Notes: generated by a model from the sequence alone, not told the origin. DNA of 64,000 nucleotides from an uncultured Pseudomonadota bacterium (GCA_903868595.1 CAIPVV010000002.1:859-64858); one strand, 5' to 3'. Shown: positions 18,050-27,508, counted from the stretch's first letter. Program-made: numbers and translations.

Positions 18050-19225
18050 TTGAGCCTGCCCTCACCGGATCAGTTCCTGCTGCGGGTCCTGGTCGTCGAC
18101 GACTCCGAGTTCGACACGGAGTTGATGCTTCGGCAGCTGCGCCGCGATGGACTGGAGCCAGCGGCCGAGCGCGTCTGTACCGCCGATTCGATGGCCCGGG
18201 CGCTGGATAACGGCAGCTGGGACGTGGTCCTCTGCGACTACTCCATGCCGGGCTTCAGCGGCGCCGAGGCGTTGCAGCTGCTGCGCGATACCGGCAAGGA
18301 CATTCCCTTCCTCCTCGTCACCGGAACGATCGGCGAGGAGGCGGCGGTCAGCATGATGAAGGCCGGCGCCCAGGACTTCCTGCTCAAGGACCATGCGTCC
18401 CGGCTCGCCCCGGCCATTCGCCGCGAGATGCGCGAGGCCCAGGGCCGGCGCCAGCAGCGCGAGGATGCGCGCGCGCGCGTGGACTCGCAGCGCGAGCTGG
18501 AGGCCGCCAACCGGCAGCTGCGCCAGCTCTCCGGCAAGATCATGCAGGTGCAGGAGCTGGAGCGGGAACTGCTCTCCCGGGGCCTGCACGACGACGTCGG
18601 CCAGGCGCTGACCGGCCTGCAACTGCAGCTGGAGGCGCTGCGCCGCCGGGCGACCAACCCGGCTGACCTCAAGGGCATCGAAGACAGCGTGCAGATCGTG
18701 GGCCAGGTGCTGGCCCAGGTCCGCGACCTCTCGCTGGACCTGCGGCCCCCGCAGCTGGACCTGCTGGGGCTGGCGGCGGCGCTGCGCTGGTACGCGGACC
18801 GCAAGGTCGCCGCGGTTCCCGGCCTGAGCCTGCGCTTCCAGGCCGAGACCCTGCCGGCGCTGCACGCGGACGTGGAGACGATGTGTTTCCGGATCGTCCA
18901 GGAAGCCATGACCAACATCCAGCGCCACGCCCAGGCGTCGCAGGTGGCGATCACGGTGAGCCATAACGGCAGCCAGCTGGAGGTTATGGTGGCGGACAAC
19001 GGCCGCGGGTTTGACGTGCGCGAAACCTACGAGCGCGCAGTGCGCGGCGAGAGCCTGGGCGTGCTCAACATGCAGGAGCGCGCCAGCCTGGTGGGTGGCA
19101 AGGTGGAGGTGCAGTCCCGGCCGGGCGACACGCGTGTCATGATTCGCCTGCCCGGTGCGCCGCCAGGCGCCACCCAGAAGTTGCGTATCCTGCAGCCCCC
19201 CCCATCCGCGAGAGACAAGGCATGA
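18050..19225 (+). CDS. cytoplasmic histidine kinase with N-terminal receiver domain (REC-HisKA_3-HATPase)
   Basis: 391 aa with a TTG start. The REC domain shows LRVLVVDDSEFD...VVLCDYSMPGFSG...LLVTG...KAGAQDFLLK. A coiled-coil linker follows, then the HisKA_3 H-box LHDDVGQALTGL and the N/G boxes of HATPase_c. I see no transmembrane segment. Confidence 0.85.
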   Translation: MSLPSPDQFLLRVLVVDDSEFDTELMLRQLRRDGLEPAAERVCTADSMARALDNGSWDVVLCDYSMPGFSGAEALQLLRDTGKDIPFLLVTGTIGEEAAVSMMKAGAQDFLLKDHASRLAPAIRREMREAQGRRQQREDARARVDSQRELEAANRQLRQLSGKIMQVQELERELLSRGLHDDVGQALTGLQLQLEALRRRATNPADLKGIEDSVQIVGQVLAQVRDLSLDLRPPQLDLLGLAAALRWYADRKVAAVPGLSLRFQAETLPALHADVETMCFRIVQEAMTNIQRHAQASQVAITVSHNGSQLEVMVADNGRGFDVRETYERAVRGESLGVLNMQERASLVGGKVEVQSRPGDTRVMIRLPGAPPGATQKLRILQPPPSARDKA

Positions 19226-19881
19226 CCGTTCGCGTGCTGCTGGCCGAAGACCACCTGCTGGTGCGTGCCGGGATCCGTGCGCTCCTGAGCGCCGTGGCCG
19301 ACATGGAGGTCGTGGGCGAGGTCACCAGCGGGATCGAGGCGCTGGAGGCGGTGGCCTCCCTGGCACCGGACGTGGTCCTGCTGGACATCTCGATGCACGG
19401 GATGAACGGCCTGGAGGCGGCTCGCCGCATCGCGACGGACCATCCCTCCACGCGCGTGATCATGGTGTCGATGCACGCCTCGGAGGACTACGTGGCGCGG
19501 GCCTTGCGCGCCGGGGCCCAGGGCTACCTCACCAAGGCCTCCGCCGCACAGGAACTGGAGCGCGCGCTGCGGGCCGTGATGGCGGGGCAGCAGTACATCG
19601 ATTCCCACATCTCGCGGGCGGCGCTGGAAACCTACCTGCGCCGCCTGGGTGATGACGATACGGAGCGGGACGTCCTGACCGCGCGGCAGCGCGAGATCCT
19701 GCAACTCATCGCCGAGAGTCTGGGGACGAAGGAAATCGCCTTTCGCTTGGGCGTCAGCACCAAGACGGTGGAGACGCATCGCAAGCAGCTCATGGATCGC
19801 TTGAACATCCATGACGTGGCGGGCCTGGTTCGTTACGCGATCCGCACCGGCGTGGTGTCGCCGGACGAGTCCGGCGGCTGA
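19222..19881 (+). CDS. NarL/FixJ-family response regulator (REC + LuxR-type HTH)
   Basis: 219 aa. Contains VRVLLAEDHLLVRAGI...VVLLDISMHGMNG and a C-terminal LTARQREILQLIAESLGTKEIAFRLGVSTKTVETHR. The start overlaps the kinase stop as ATGA. Confidence 0.92.
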   Translation: MTVRVLLAEDHLLVRAGIRALLSAVADMEVVGEVTSGIEALEAVASLAPDVVLLDISMHGMNGLEAARRIATDHPSTRVIMVSMHASEDYVARALRAGAQGYLTKASAAQELERALRAVMAGQQYIDSHISRAALETYLRRLGDDDTERDVLTARQREILQLIAESLGTKEIAFRLGVSTKTVETHRKQLMDRLNIHDVAGLVRYAIRTGVVSPDESGG

Positions 19882-20257
19882 GGCGCGCTGGCGCGAGTCC
19901 GCCGGGGCACGCGCCAGGGCAGGCACTGCGTCCCCCGGGAGGGACTTCCAAGGGCCGCAATCAGGGCTGTTTTCGGCCGGAACAGCACGCCTTATCAGGA
20001 ATATCCCTAAAGGAATTGCCCGATTACCGGGCTTGCCGCTCCCCCGTAGCATGGCCTGCGTCGAAGGATCGACAGTGCGACAGGAAGTAGGTATCCAGGG
20101 ACTTGTGGATACCGGATCAAGGACGATCCACCAAGCTTTGGTGCCCGTCAGGGATGACGCACCCAGGGAAGGGAGCAAGGGGCCGAGCGCTTGATCTTGT
20201 TGGCCCTGAGGCTCGCCTCAGGTACCCGGTTCACAGTACAATCCGGCCCGCCCCGAC

Positions 20258-20333
20258 GTCCCCATCGTCTAGAGGCCCAGGACACTGCCCTTTCACGGCG
20301 GCGACAGGGGTTCGAATCCCCTTGGGGACGCCA
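20258..20333 (+). tRNA. tRNA-Glu (anticodon TTC)
   Basis: GTCCCCATCGTCTAGAGGCCCAGGACACTGCCCTTTCACGGCGGCGACAGGGGTTCGAATCCCCTTGGGGACGCCA. This is close to E. coli tRNA-Glu, with anticodon loop CT-TTC-AC. Confidence 0.93.
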
Positions 20334-20646
20334 TTTCCTCGCGTGCAGACCTCCCTTTGACAAGTCAAGGACCTGGCCGTCCCTGAACAGACGCCTGGCT
20401 TGACCTGCCGGGGAGGGACCTGGGGCCACCGCGGCGGCTCCCGCCGCAAGAATCAGGATCCCGCTCGCAGCGGACCAGGCGTCTTGCGGCCGGACGTTTG
20501 ACCTCCGGTAGCCAGGCACGCCGTCGGGCGGGCTGCTGGTCGGAGCGTGCGCCGCCTTCCCGCCGCTGGCCAGGGCCCCGCAGTGCCCCTTACGGATGTT
20601 CTCGGGGTATACTCCGGTGAACCCGAAAAAAAGCCAGGGGGGCTAC

Positions 20647-21924
20647 ATGGCACAAGAAAACAAGAGCTGGGATACGAGCTACGAGTGGAAGATCATCCTG
20701 TTGCTGAGCATCACGTTCGGCCTGGTGGGTCTCGACCGTTTCATTCTTCCGATCATCCTGCAGTCGCCGAATTCCACGATGGGCAAGGATCTCGGGCTCT
20801 CGCCGGCGGACGGCGGCGCCATGGCCGGGTACCTTGGCATGGCTTGGGGTGCTTCGGCCTTCGTGATGGGATATCTCGCGGACAAGGTCGGACGGCGTGC
20901 GGTGCTCGTACCCGCCATCCTGGTCTTCTCGCTGATGTCCGCGTTCAGCGGCATGGCGGGCTCGGTGATGGCCCTTGTCATCGTGCGCGTCATCATGGGC
21001 ATCTCCGAGGGCCCCGTCGCTTCCACCGGTGTCGCGGTTGCCGTCGAGGCGTCGAAGCCGGAACGGCGCGGCCTGAACAATGGCATCTTCCAGTGCATGA
21101 TCTCGCTGTTTGGCCTGGCTCTGGGTCCGGTCATCGCGACGCGCCTTCTAGACAGCCACAGTTGGCACACGGTCTTCCTGCTGGTCGGCGCGCCGGGCGT
21201 GGTGATGGCCGTCCTCATGTGGCTGGTGGTGCGCGAGCCTGCGAAGCGCGCGGATACCGGCCAGGGCGCAGAGGGAACCTCGCTGCGGGGCATGTTCGGC
21301 CACCGCAACGCCAAGGTGGCTCCGCTGACGCTGATCTGCGCGATGGGCGGCATCTTCGTGATCGCTGCAATGCTCACGGCCTACCTCACCGCGCCCCTGG
21401 GTGCGGGCCTGGGGCTTGATCCCATCACTGCCGGCAATGTCTTCTCGGCGGTCGGCGTGGGCGGTGCCATCGGCCAGTTCGCGATGCCCGCCCTGTCGGA
21501 CTTCATCGGTCGCAAGCTCTCGACGCTGGCGTCCTACATCCTCGCGGCCGTTGCCCTGTATTTCTTCACGCAGGCCGGGCCGGAGAACACGACCACGCTG
21601 TGGACACTGCTGTTCTTCGCCTCGATGTTCAACTTCGCGGCGCTGGCGATCCTGGCGGGCCCGGTTGCCGCGGAGGCCGCGCCTCCCGGCATGCTGGCTT
21701 CCATGGCCGGTTTCGTGATCTTCGCGGGGGAGTTCGTCGGTGGCGGCATCAGCCCGATCATCGCGAGCAACCTCGCCGGCACGTACGGACTGAAGTCGGC
21801 GCTTTACTTCGCGGCCTGCGGCCTCGTGCTCGGTTTCTTCGTCGCCCTGTTCCTGAAGGAAACCGCTCCGCGCAAGACCAAGCTTGCGCAAGTGGGCGGG
21901 GTATCTGCGCTGGGCAAAGCCTAG
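20647..21924 (+). CDS. MFS transporter
   Basis: ATG at 20647 in track ORF 20596-21924. There are about 12 predicted hydrophobic spans and the MFS loop motif GYLADKVGRR. Confidence 0.85.
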   Translation: MAQENKSWDTSYEWKIILLLSITFGLVGLDRFILPIILQSPNSTMGKDLGLSPADGGAMAGYLGMAWGASAFVMGYLADKVGRRAVLVPAILVFSLMSAFSGMAGSVMALVIVRVIMGISEGPVASTGVAVAVEASKPERRGLNNGIFQCMISLFGLALGPVIATRLLDSHSWHTVFLLVGAPGVVMAVLMWLVVREPAKRADTGQGAEGTSLRGMFGHRNAKVAPLTLICAMGGIFVIAAMLTAYLTAPLGAGLGLDPITAGNVFSAVGVGGAIGQFAMPALSDFIGRKLSTLASYILAAVALYFFTQAGPENTTTLWTLLFFASMFNFAALAILAGPVAAEAAPPGMLASMAGFVIFAGEFVGGGISPIIASNLAGTYGLKSALYFAACGLVLGFFVALFLKETAPRKTKLAQVGGVSALGKA

Positions 21925-21998
21925 CGCCCCGGCAGACCGGGGAGCCCTGGTCGGGGCTGTCCGGTACCGTGGCCTGCGGCAGGGCAGGCCGGTTGATC

Positions 21999-22033
21999 GC
22001 AAAGGGGAAGCTGGGCTTCCCCTTTGCGTTTTA
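21999..22033 (+). terminator. rho-independent terminator downstream of the MFS gene
   Basis: A 13-bp perfect stem GCAAAGGGGAAGC / GCTTCCCCTTTGC with a TGG loop, followed by GTTTTA. Confidence 0.7.
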
Positions 22034-22173
22034 CTGGAGGGATGCCTGTGCCGGCATCACCCTGAGGCAGCTTCACCGGCAGCACGCCGCGGCGTTTTCG
22101 CCGGACCCGCCACCCGGGCGCGACCGGCAAGTTCGCGGGGGCGTGGGCCGGCTGCTGCCTCGAGGGCGTTTCG

Positions 22174-22791
22174 CTAGGCGCGGGCGCCCGCGACGAGCTG
22201 GCTGCTGATCCGGGCCACGTGTTCGCCCTGGAAGCGGCACAGATCCAGTTCCGAGGCCGTCGGCATGCGTGCCTCCTCGCCCGATCCCGTGATGGTGCTC
22301 GCCCCGTAGGGCGTTCCGCCGCTGACCTCGCGGATCGACGTCAGGGCCTTGTGGGTGTAGGGCAGCCCGACGATGAGCATCCCGTGATGCAGCAGCGTCG
22401 TGTGGAAGGAGGTGAGGGTGGTTTCCTGCCCGCCATGCTGGCTGGCCGTGCTGCAGAACACGCTGCCCACCTTGCCGACCAAGGCGCCGCGTCCCCACAG
22501 GGCACCCGTCTGGTCCAGGAAACTGCGCATCTGTCCGGCCATGTTGCCGAAGCGCGTGGGCGTGCCGAAGAGGATGGCGTCGTACTGGTCCAGTTCGTCC
22601 GGGGTCGCAAGGGGGGCCGGCTGGTGGAGGCGGAAGCCCGACTTCGCGGCGACCTCCTCGGAAACCGTCTCCGGTACGCGCTTGATGGCGACCTGTGTGC
22701 CGGCTATCCGGGCAGCGCCCTCGGCCTGCGCCTGGGCCATGGCTTCGATGTGGCCGTAGCTGCTGTAGTACAAAACAAGTATCCGGGTCAT
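22174..22791 (-). CDS. wrbA: NAD(P)H:quinone oxidoreductase, type IV (flavodoxin-like)
   Basis: 205 aa. [26 protein letters not shown]...[11 protein letters not shown]...GGQETT matches WrbA. Confidence 0.9.
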   Translation of the reverse strand: MTRILVLYYSSYGHIEAMAQAQAEGAARIAGTQVAIKRVPETVSEEVAAKSGFRLHQPAPLATPDELDQYDAILFGTPTRFGNMAGQMRSFLDQTGALWGRGALVGKVGSVFCSTASQHGGQETTLTSFHTTLLHHGMLIVGLPYTHKALTSIREVSGGTPYGASTITGSGEEARMPTASELDLCRFQGEHVARISSQLVAGARA

Positions 22792-23666
22792 GGGTGGTCC
22801 TGTCGGCTGTGACGGGGTGGAAGGGCGACATGCCGTGACAGGAAGTCACGGAGAATCGCGTTGTAGGCCCTGGGGTTGTCCAGGTTCGGCAAGTGCCCGG
22901 CCGCCGGGATGATCTCGTACTCGGATTCGGGCAGTTCCAGCACCAGCGCCTCGGCGGCGCGCTTGCGGCTCTCCAGGTCGAATTCCCCGTTGAGCACGAG
23001 CGTCGGGATACGCAGGGGGGCGGGCATCTCCGGTTCGGCGCTGCCACCCGTGGGCTCGCTGCGGGATCGCAGGTCCTTGCCCGGGTAGCGGGCAATCATC
23101 CTGGCGAGCAGTTCGCGGGAGCGGCTGTCGGCCGTACGCAGCTGCGCCAGCGGGTGCTTGCTCCATTCCTGGCGGAACGCTTCCAGGCCGTGTTCCCGCA
23201 CGAGCGTTCGATACCAGGTCAGCGGCAGATCATCGTCCGCCGCCGCCGCGGCGCCGGTGCGCAGGTCCGGCGGCCCGTCCAGCACCACGCAGGAGACTTG
23301 ATCCGGCAGGAGTTGCGCGAGTTTCAAGGCAACGCGCGCACCCTGGGACATGCCCACCAGCGCGACGGGACCCAGCCGCAGGTGCCGGCACAGCCGCTGC
23401 ACGTCAGCCACGTCGCTGGCGAGGCGAGGGGAGCCACTGGAGCAGCCGAAGCCGCGCCGGTCCAGCGCCACCAGTCGATAGTCCCGCGCGAGCTCGGCGA
23501 ACTGCGGCGCCCACATCTCCAGGTCCAGCGTCCAGCCGTGTAGCAGCAGGACGGCAGGGCCGCGACCGACATCGCGAAAGCGCAGCTGGCCATCGTCGAT
23601 CGGCAGGAACTGATCCTGCGACGCATCGCCGGCCGGGGCCCCTGGCGGGAAGGTGTCGAGCGTCAT
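22788..23666 (-). CDS. alpha/beta-fold hydrolase
   Basis: 292 aa. It has the oxyanion HGW (LLLHGWTLD), the nucleophile elbow GMSQG and a C-terminal [10 protein letters not shown]. The stop overlaps the wrbA start as ATGA. Confidence 0.85.
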   Translation of the reverse strand: MTLDTFPPGAPAGDASQDQFLPIDDGQLRFRDVGRGPAVLLLHGWTLDLEMWAPQFAELARDYRLVALDRRGFGCSSGSPRLASDVADVQRLCRHLRLGPVALVGMSQGARVALKLAQLLPDQVSCVVLDGPPDLRTGAAAAADDDLPLTWYRTLVREHGLEAFRQEWSKHPLAQLRTADSRSRELLARMIARYPGKDLRSRSEPTGGSAEPEMPAPLRIPTLVLNGEFDLESRKRAAEALVLELPESEYEIIPAAGHLPNLDNPRAYNAILRDFLSRHVALPPRHSRQDHP

Positions 23667-23880
23667 CTCTTTTGGATTGTGTATGGCGAAACGAAAACTG
23701 CGCGGGTTGCGGGTCCGATGATACCGAGTAAATCCAAGCCCCGAGCACTCCCGCGGGCACCCCGGCGTTGGCGTTGGGTGAGAGGCCCGGTGCGCTACGG
23801 AGGTCTTGGGAAATCTGCTGGCTCACGGACTGCAGCATCGCCGGAACGTCGGACTCAGCCTGTATCGCAGGAAGTCCACG

Positions 23881-24385
23881 AACGGGTATTTCTTCAACTT
23901 CCTCGCCGCCAACGCCACCCAGAACCTGGGCAACCTGGACGCGACCGACAAGGGCGCGGATGTTGGAGGTCAGCGCCAAGCCCACGCACCGGCTGGATGT
24001 GTGTGCCTACTTCGGCTACACGGACAGCGAAATCCCCCGCATGCAGGATGCCTGCGTGGTCGGCAACCCGGTGCCGCGGGTGTCCAAGAGGACCTTCAAC
24101 GCCGGCACCCCGTGCCGCCAGCCCCTGAGCGATGGCCGGAGCGGCAGCCTGCGCCTGGATTTCCAGCGCATCGGCGGGACGTGCCGGGACCCGTACAACG
24201 TGACCTCCCGGGACCGGGTTTCCCTCCTCAACCTGCGCCTGGGCCTGGAAGCGGAGAAATGGTCCCTGACAGCGTGGTCTAAGAACCTGGCGGACAGGAA
24301 GTACAATGCCGAATTCTCGCCGGGCGGGTTCCTGTGGAAGGCCTTGCCAAGACGGTACGGCTTGGATTTAAGCTACCGCTTCTGA
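23881..24385 (+). pseudogene. 3' remnant of a TonB-dependent receptor gene (frameshifted, N-terminal ~3/4 missing)
   Basis: The terminal beta-barrel signature is present: LNLRLGLEAEKWSLTAWSKNLADRKYNAEF...PRRYGLDLSYRF, ending in Phe. Upstream barrel-like sequence GYFFNFLAANATQNLGNLDATDKGADV lies in another frame, with the shift near 23959-23970. There is no plug domain or TonB box. Confidence 0.7.
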
Positions 24386-24404
24386 CCTAGAGGTATTTGC
24401 GGAT

Positions 24405-24941
24405 ATGACAACTGTACAAAAGCGCCCTGCACGGCTCCATCATACGGCTTACGTGACCCACGACCTCGAGGCCACACGCAAGTTCTACGAGGAGCTCATC
24501 GGGCTGCCGCTGGTCGCCACGTGGTCAGAGTCGGACATGCTGTTCGGCGCCGAGCGCGTGTACTGCCACCTGTTCTTCGAGTTGGCGGATGGCAGCGCGC
24601 TGGCCTTCTTCAAGTTCGCCAATCCCGAGGATGCCCAGCTCTTCGGGCCGAAGATGCCTGCTTCCCCGTTCCACCACATCGCGCTGAATGTGGATAAGGA
24701 GACCCAGGAAGGCATCGAGCAGCGCCTCGCGGCGGCGGGCTACCAGGAGCCGGCCGTGTATGTGCTGGAGCACGGCTATTGCCGCTCGGTCTACGTGACG
24801 GACCCCAACGGCATGATCCTGGAGCTGACGCTGGATCATCCGGATGCGGAGAAGATTGGCAAGATCCGCAGGGAAAATGCCCACGCGGACCTCAAGCGTT
24901 GGATGGGCGGGGACCACACCTCCAACAACATGTTCCGCTAG
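24405..24941 (+). CDS. VOC-family (glyoxalase/bleomycin-resistance/extradiol dioxygenase fold) protein
   Basis: 178 aa. Contains RLHHTAYVTHDLEATRKFYEELIGLPLV and FHHIALNV, a paired beta-alpha-beta-beta-beta module pattern. Confidence 0.85.
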   Translation: MTTVQKRPARLHHTAYVTHDLEATRKFYEELIGLPLVATWSESDMLFGAERVYCHLFFELADGSALAFFKFANPEDAQLFGPKMPASPFHHIALNVDKETQEGIEQRLAAAGYQEPAVYVLEHGYCRSVYVTDPNGMILELTLDHPDAEKIGKIRRENAHADLKRWMGGDHTSNNMFR

Positions 24942-25053
24942 GCGGCAGCAGCCGACGCAGGCCACGGCCTTCGAGCCGCGGAGCTGGCCCGCTCGGCGCC
25001 GGTCGGCCGGCGTGCGCGGGAGGCGGGTGGTGTCCCGGGTAGACTGGATTGAA

Positions 25054-25092
25054 ACGATGCCCGTGGCGCAAGCCACGGGCATCGTCGTTTGG
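25054..25092 (+). terminator. rho-independent terminator after the VOC gene
   Basis: A 14-bp stem ACGATGCCCGTGGC / GCCACGGGCATCGT with a GCAA tetraloop, followed by CGTTTGG. Confidence 0.65.
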
Positions 25093-25184
25093 GGAGCCGG
25101 CGCGCCGGCATCCCGCTGCTGACGGGTGGGGTCGGCGACCCGGTGGGGCCGGGCAGGGTCCGGGGTAAGTCCCCCACAGGGCGC

Positions 25185-25217
25185 CAAAACGACGACGCCC
25201 CGCGAACGGGGCGTCGT
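25185..25217 (-). terminator. rho-independent terminator for the minus-strand iorAB-like operon
   Basis: An 11-bp stem ACGACGCCCCG / CGGGGCGTCGT with a 4-nt loop. On the minus strand it is followed by CGTTTTGG. Confidence 0.6.
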
Positions 25218-25225
25218 TTCCAACT

Positions 25226-25272
25226 GCAGGCGGCCGTGGGTCTCGAAACGGACTGTTTCGAGGGCCGCCTGC
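25226..25272 (-). other. long two-tier inverted repeat 10 nt after the IorB-like stop codon
   Basis: The outer stem is GCAGGCGGCC / GGCCGCCTGC and the inner stem is CTCGAAAC / GTTTCGAG. It has no U-tract of its own. Confidence 0.5.
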
Positions 25273-25282
25273 GCCTTACGGC

Positions 25283-27508
25283 CTAGGCAAAGCTCACCCC
25301 TGCCGTGCTGAACGGCAGCTTGCGCAGCGGCTTGCCGCTGAGCAGCGCGATGGCGTTGGCCACCGCCGGCCCAATCGGCGGCAGGCCGGGCTCGCCGATG
25401 CCGGTGGGCTTGTCCTCGGAGGCCACGACGTGCACCTCCACCGCCGGCATCTGGTTCATGCGCAGCACCGGGTAGTCGTGGAAGTTCGACTGCACCACGG
25501 CGCCGTCCTTGAGCGTGATGCCGCCGGAGATGGCGGCGCCCAGGCCCAGCCCGATGGCGGACTCCACCTGCATCGCGACGATGTTGGGGTTCACCTGCCG
25601 GCCGCAATGCACGCCGCAGACCACGCGGTCCACCTTGTACTTGTTGGCCGCCAGCTGCGTGACCTCAACCACCTGCGCCACGACGCTGCCGAAGCACTCG
25701 TGCACGGCGACGCCGCGCGCGCGGCCCTTGGCCAGGGGCGTGCCCCAGCCGGCCTTCTCGGCCGCCAGGTTCAGCGCCTCCAGGTGATGCGGATGCTTGG
25801 CCAGCAGGGAGCGGCGCAGCTCCACCGGGTCCTTCTTGGTCGCCCGCGCCACCTCGTCGAGGAAGCTTTCGGTGGAGAAGGCGGTGTGGGTGGAACCCAC
25901 CGACCGCCACCACTGCACCGTCACCGGCGACTTCGGGGTGTGCACGTCCACCAGCAGGTTCGGCACGGCGTAGGGCATGTTGGCCGCGCCCTCGACGGAC
26001 AGCGGGTCGATCGGCAGGCCCGGCGGCATGAGCGGCGTGCCTTCCAGGATCGACTGGCCGACCAGGCGGTGCTGCCAGCTCACCAGCTCGCCCTTCGCAT
26101 CGATGCCGGCCTTGAGCGTGTGGAAGAACGCCGGGCGGTAGAAGCCGCCCCGCATGTCGTCCTCGCGCGACCAGACGAGCTTGACCGGCTTGCCGTTGCC
26201 ACCGGCCTTGGCGATCGCCACAGCCTCCTGCACGAAGTCGGACTTGGGGTTGGAGCGGCGGCCGAAGCTGCCACCGGCGAACAGGGTGTTGATCTTGACC
26301 TGCTCGGGCTTGATGCCCAGCAGCGCCGCGGTCATGCCCTGGTCCATGGACTGCAGCTGCGCGCCCGTCCACAGCTCGCAGCCGTTGGCCGTGATGTGCG
26401 CCACGCAGTTCAGCGGCTCCATGGCGGCGTGGGCCAGGTACGGGAACTCGTAGGCGGCCTCCACGTAGCGCACGGCGCCGGACTTGGCGACATCGCCCTC
26501 CTTGTGGGCCTCGACGCCGGGCTTGGCGGCCAGCGCCTTGTACTCGGCGAACTGCTTCTCGGTGCTGAGCTTGTAGGCCTGGCTCTCGTCCCACTCGACC
26601 TTGACGAGCTCGCGGGCCTTCTTGGCGGTCCAGTAGTCCTTGGCCAGCACCGCGACGCCGTCGCGCACGCTGTGCTTGAAGGCCACGACATCGCTGACGC
26701 CCGGCATCGCCTTGGCGGCCGCGGCATCAAAGCGCTTGAGCGTCGCGCCGAAGCGCGGCGGGGCGATGACCACGGCAACCAGCATGCCCGGCAGCTTGAT
26801 GTCCTGCGTGTAGACGGCCGTCCCGGTGGACTTGGCCACGGCATCCACGCGCGCCGCATCCTTGCCGATCAGCGTGTAGGCCTTGGGATCCTTGAGCTGC
26901 ACGTCCTTGGGCACCGGCAGCTTGGCGGCGACGCCGACCAGCTCGCCGAACTTGGCGCTCTTGTTCTTGCCCGCGTGGCTCACGACGCCCTTGGAGACGG
27001 TGATCTCGCCGGCCGGAACCTTCCATTCCTGCGCGGCGGCCGCCACCAGCAGCGTGCGGGCCGTGGCGCCGGCCTGGCGCATCGCGTCCCAGGAGCTGGC
27101 GATGGAATTGCTGCCCCCGGTGCCCTGCATGTTCGGGCCGAAGGCGGGGTTGCCGTACACCGCGGGGTTCGCCGGCGCGGCCTCCACGACGACCTGGCTC
27201 CAGTCGGCATCCAGTTCGTCGGCGATCAGGGTGGACAGGCCGGTGTAGATGCCCTGGCCGATTTCCGCGTTACGCGCGGTCACCGTCACGACGTTGTCCG
27301 CACCGATGCGCACGAAGGCGCCCGGGGCGAGTGGTCCGCCAGTGGCCGCCGTGCCCGCGCCCTTCTCGGCGCAGGCGGTCAGGACCGGGCCGGCCATCAC
27401 GGCCAGGGTCAGGCCCGCGCCGGCCTTCAGCAGGCCGCGGCGGTTGAAGTCCGGCAGCGAGTCCGCATGGACAATCGAGCCGGTGAATGCATTCTGCTTG
27501 TCGTTCAT
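25283..27508 (-). CDS. molybdopterin-binding large subunit of an IorB-like aldehyde oxidase/xanthine dehydrogenase-family enzyme, Tat-exported
   Basis: ATG at 27508 in track ORF 25283-27598. MNDKQNAFTGSIVHADSLPDFNRRGLLKAGAGLTLAVMAG is a twin-arginine signal. The 741-aa product has an IorB-type two-domain molybdopterin-binding architecture. Confidence 0.9.
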   Translation of the reverse strand: MNDKQNAFTGSIVHADSLPDFNRRGLLKAGAGLTLAVMAGPVLTACAEKGAGTAATGGPLAPGAFVRIGADNVVTVTARNAEIGQGIYTGLSTLIADELDADWSQVVVEAAPANPAVYGNPAFGPNMQGTGGSNSIASSWDAMRQAGATARTLLVAAAAQEWKVPAGEITVSKGVVSHAGKNKSAKFGELVGVAAKLPVPKDVQLKDPKAYTLIGKDAARVDAVAKSTGTAVYTQDIKLPGMLVAVVIAPPRFGATLKRFDAAAAKAMPGVSDVVAFKHSVRDGVAVLAKDYWTAKKARELVKVEWDESQAYKLSTEKQFAEYKALAAKPGVEAHKEGDVAKSGAVRYVEAAYEFPYLAHAAMEPLNCVAHITANGCELWTGAQLQSMDQGMTAALLGIKPEQVKINTLFAGGSFGRRSNPKSDFVQEAVAIAKAGGNGKPVKLVWSREDDMRGGFYRPAFFHTLKAGIDAKGELVSWQHRLVGQSILEGTPLMPPGLPIDPLSVEGAANMPYAVPNLLVDVHTPKSPVTVQWWRSVGSTHTAFSTESFLDEVARATKKDPVELRRSLLAKHPHHLEALNLAAEKAGWGTPLAKGRARGVAVHECFGSVVAQVVEVTQLAANKYKVDRVVCGVHCGRQVNPNIVAMQVESAIGLGLGAAISGGITLKDGAVVQSNFHDYPVLRMNQMPAVEVHVVASEDKPTGIGEPGLPPIGPAVANAIALLSGKPLRKLPFSTAGVSFA

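Noticed and set aside
19997-20016. Direct repeat AGGAAT-N8-AGGAAT and hairpin CCTGAGG-CTCG-CCTCAGG (20204-20221) in the AT-richer spacer between the NarL-type regulator gene and tRNA-Glu
   Set aside because: The hexamers are short enough to occur by chance and do not match known NarL-type heptamers. The hairpin lacks a U-tract. This is too weak to call a site.
20334-20646. Partial palindrome TTGAC-AA-GTCAA (~20356-20367) and A7/G6 runs upstream of the MFS transporter as regulatory elements
   Set aside because: It has only 5-bp arms, no recognisable -35/-10 pairing nearby and no adjacent regulator gene. The evidence is insufficient.
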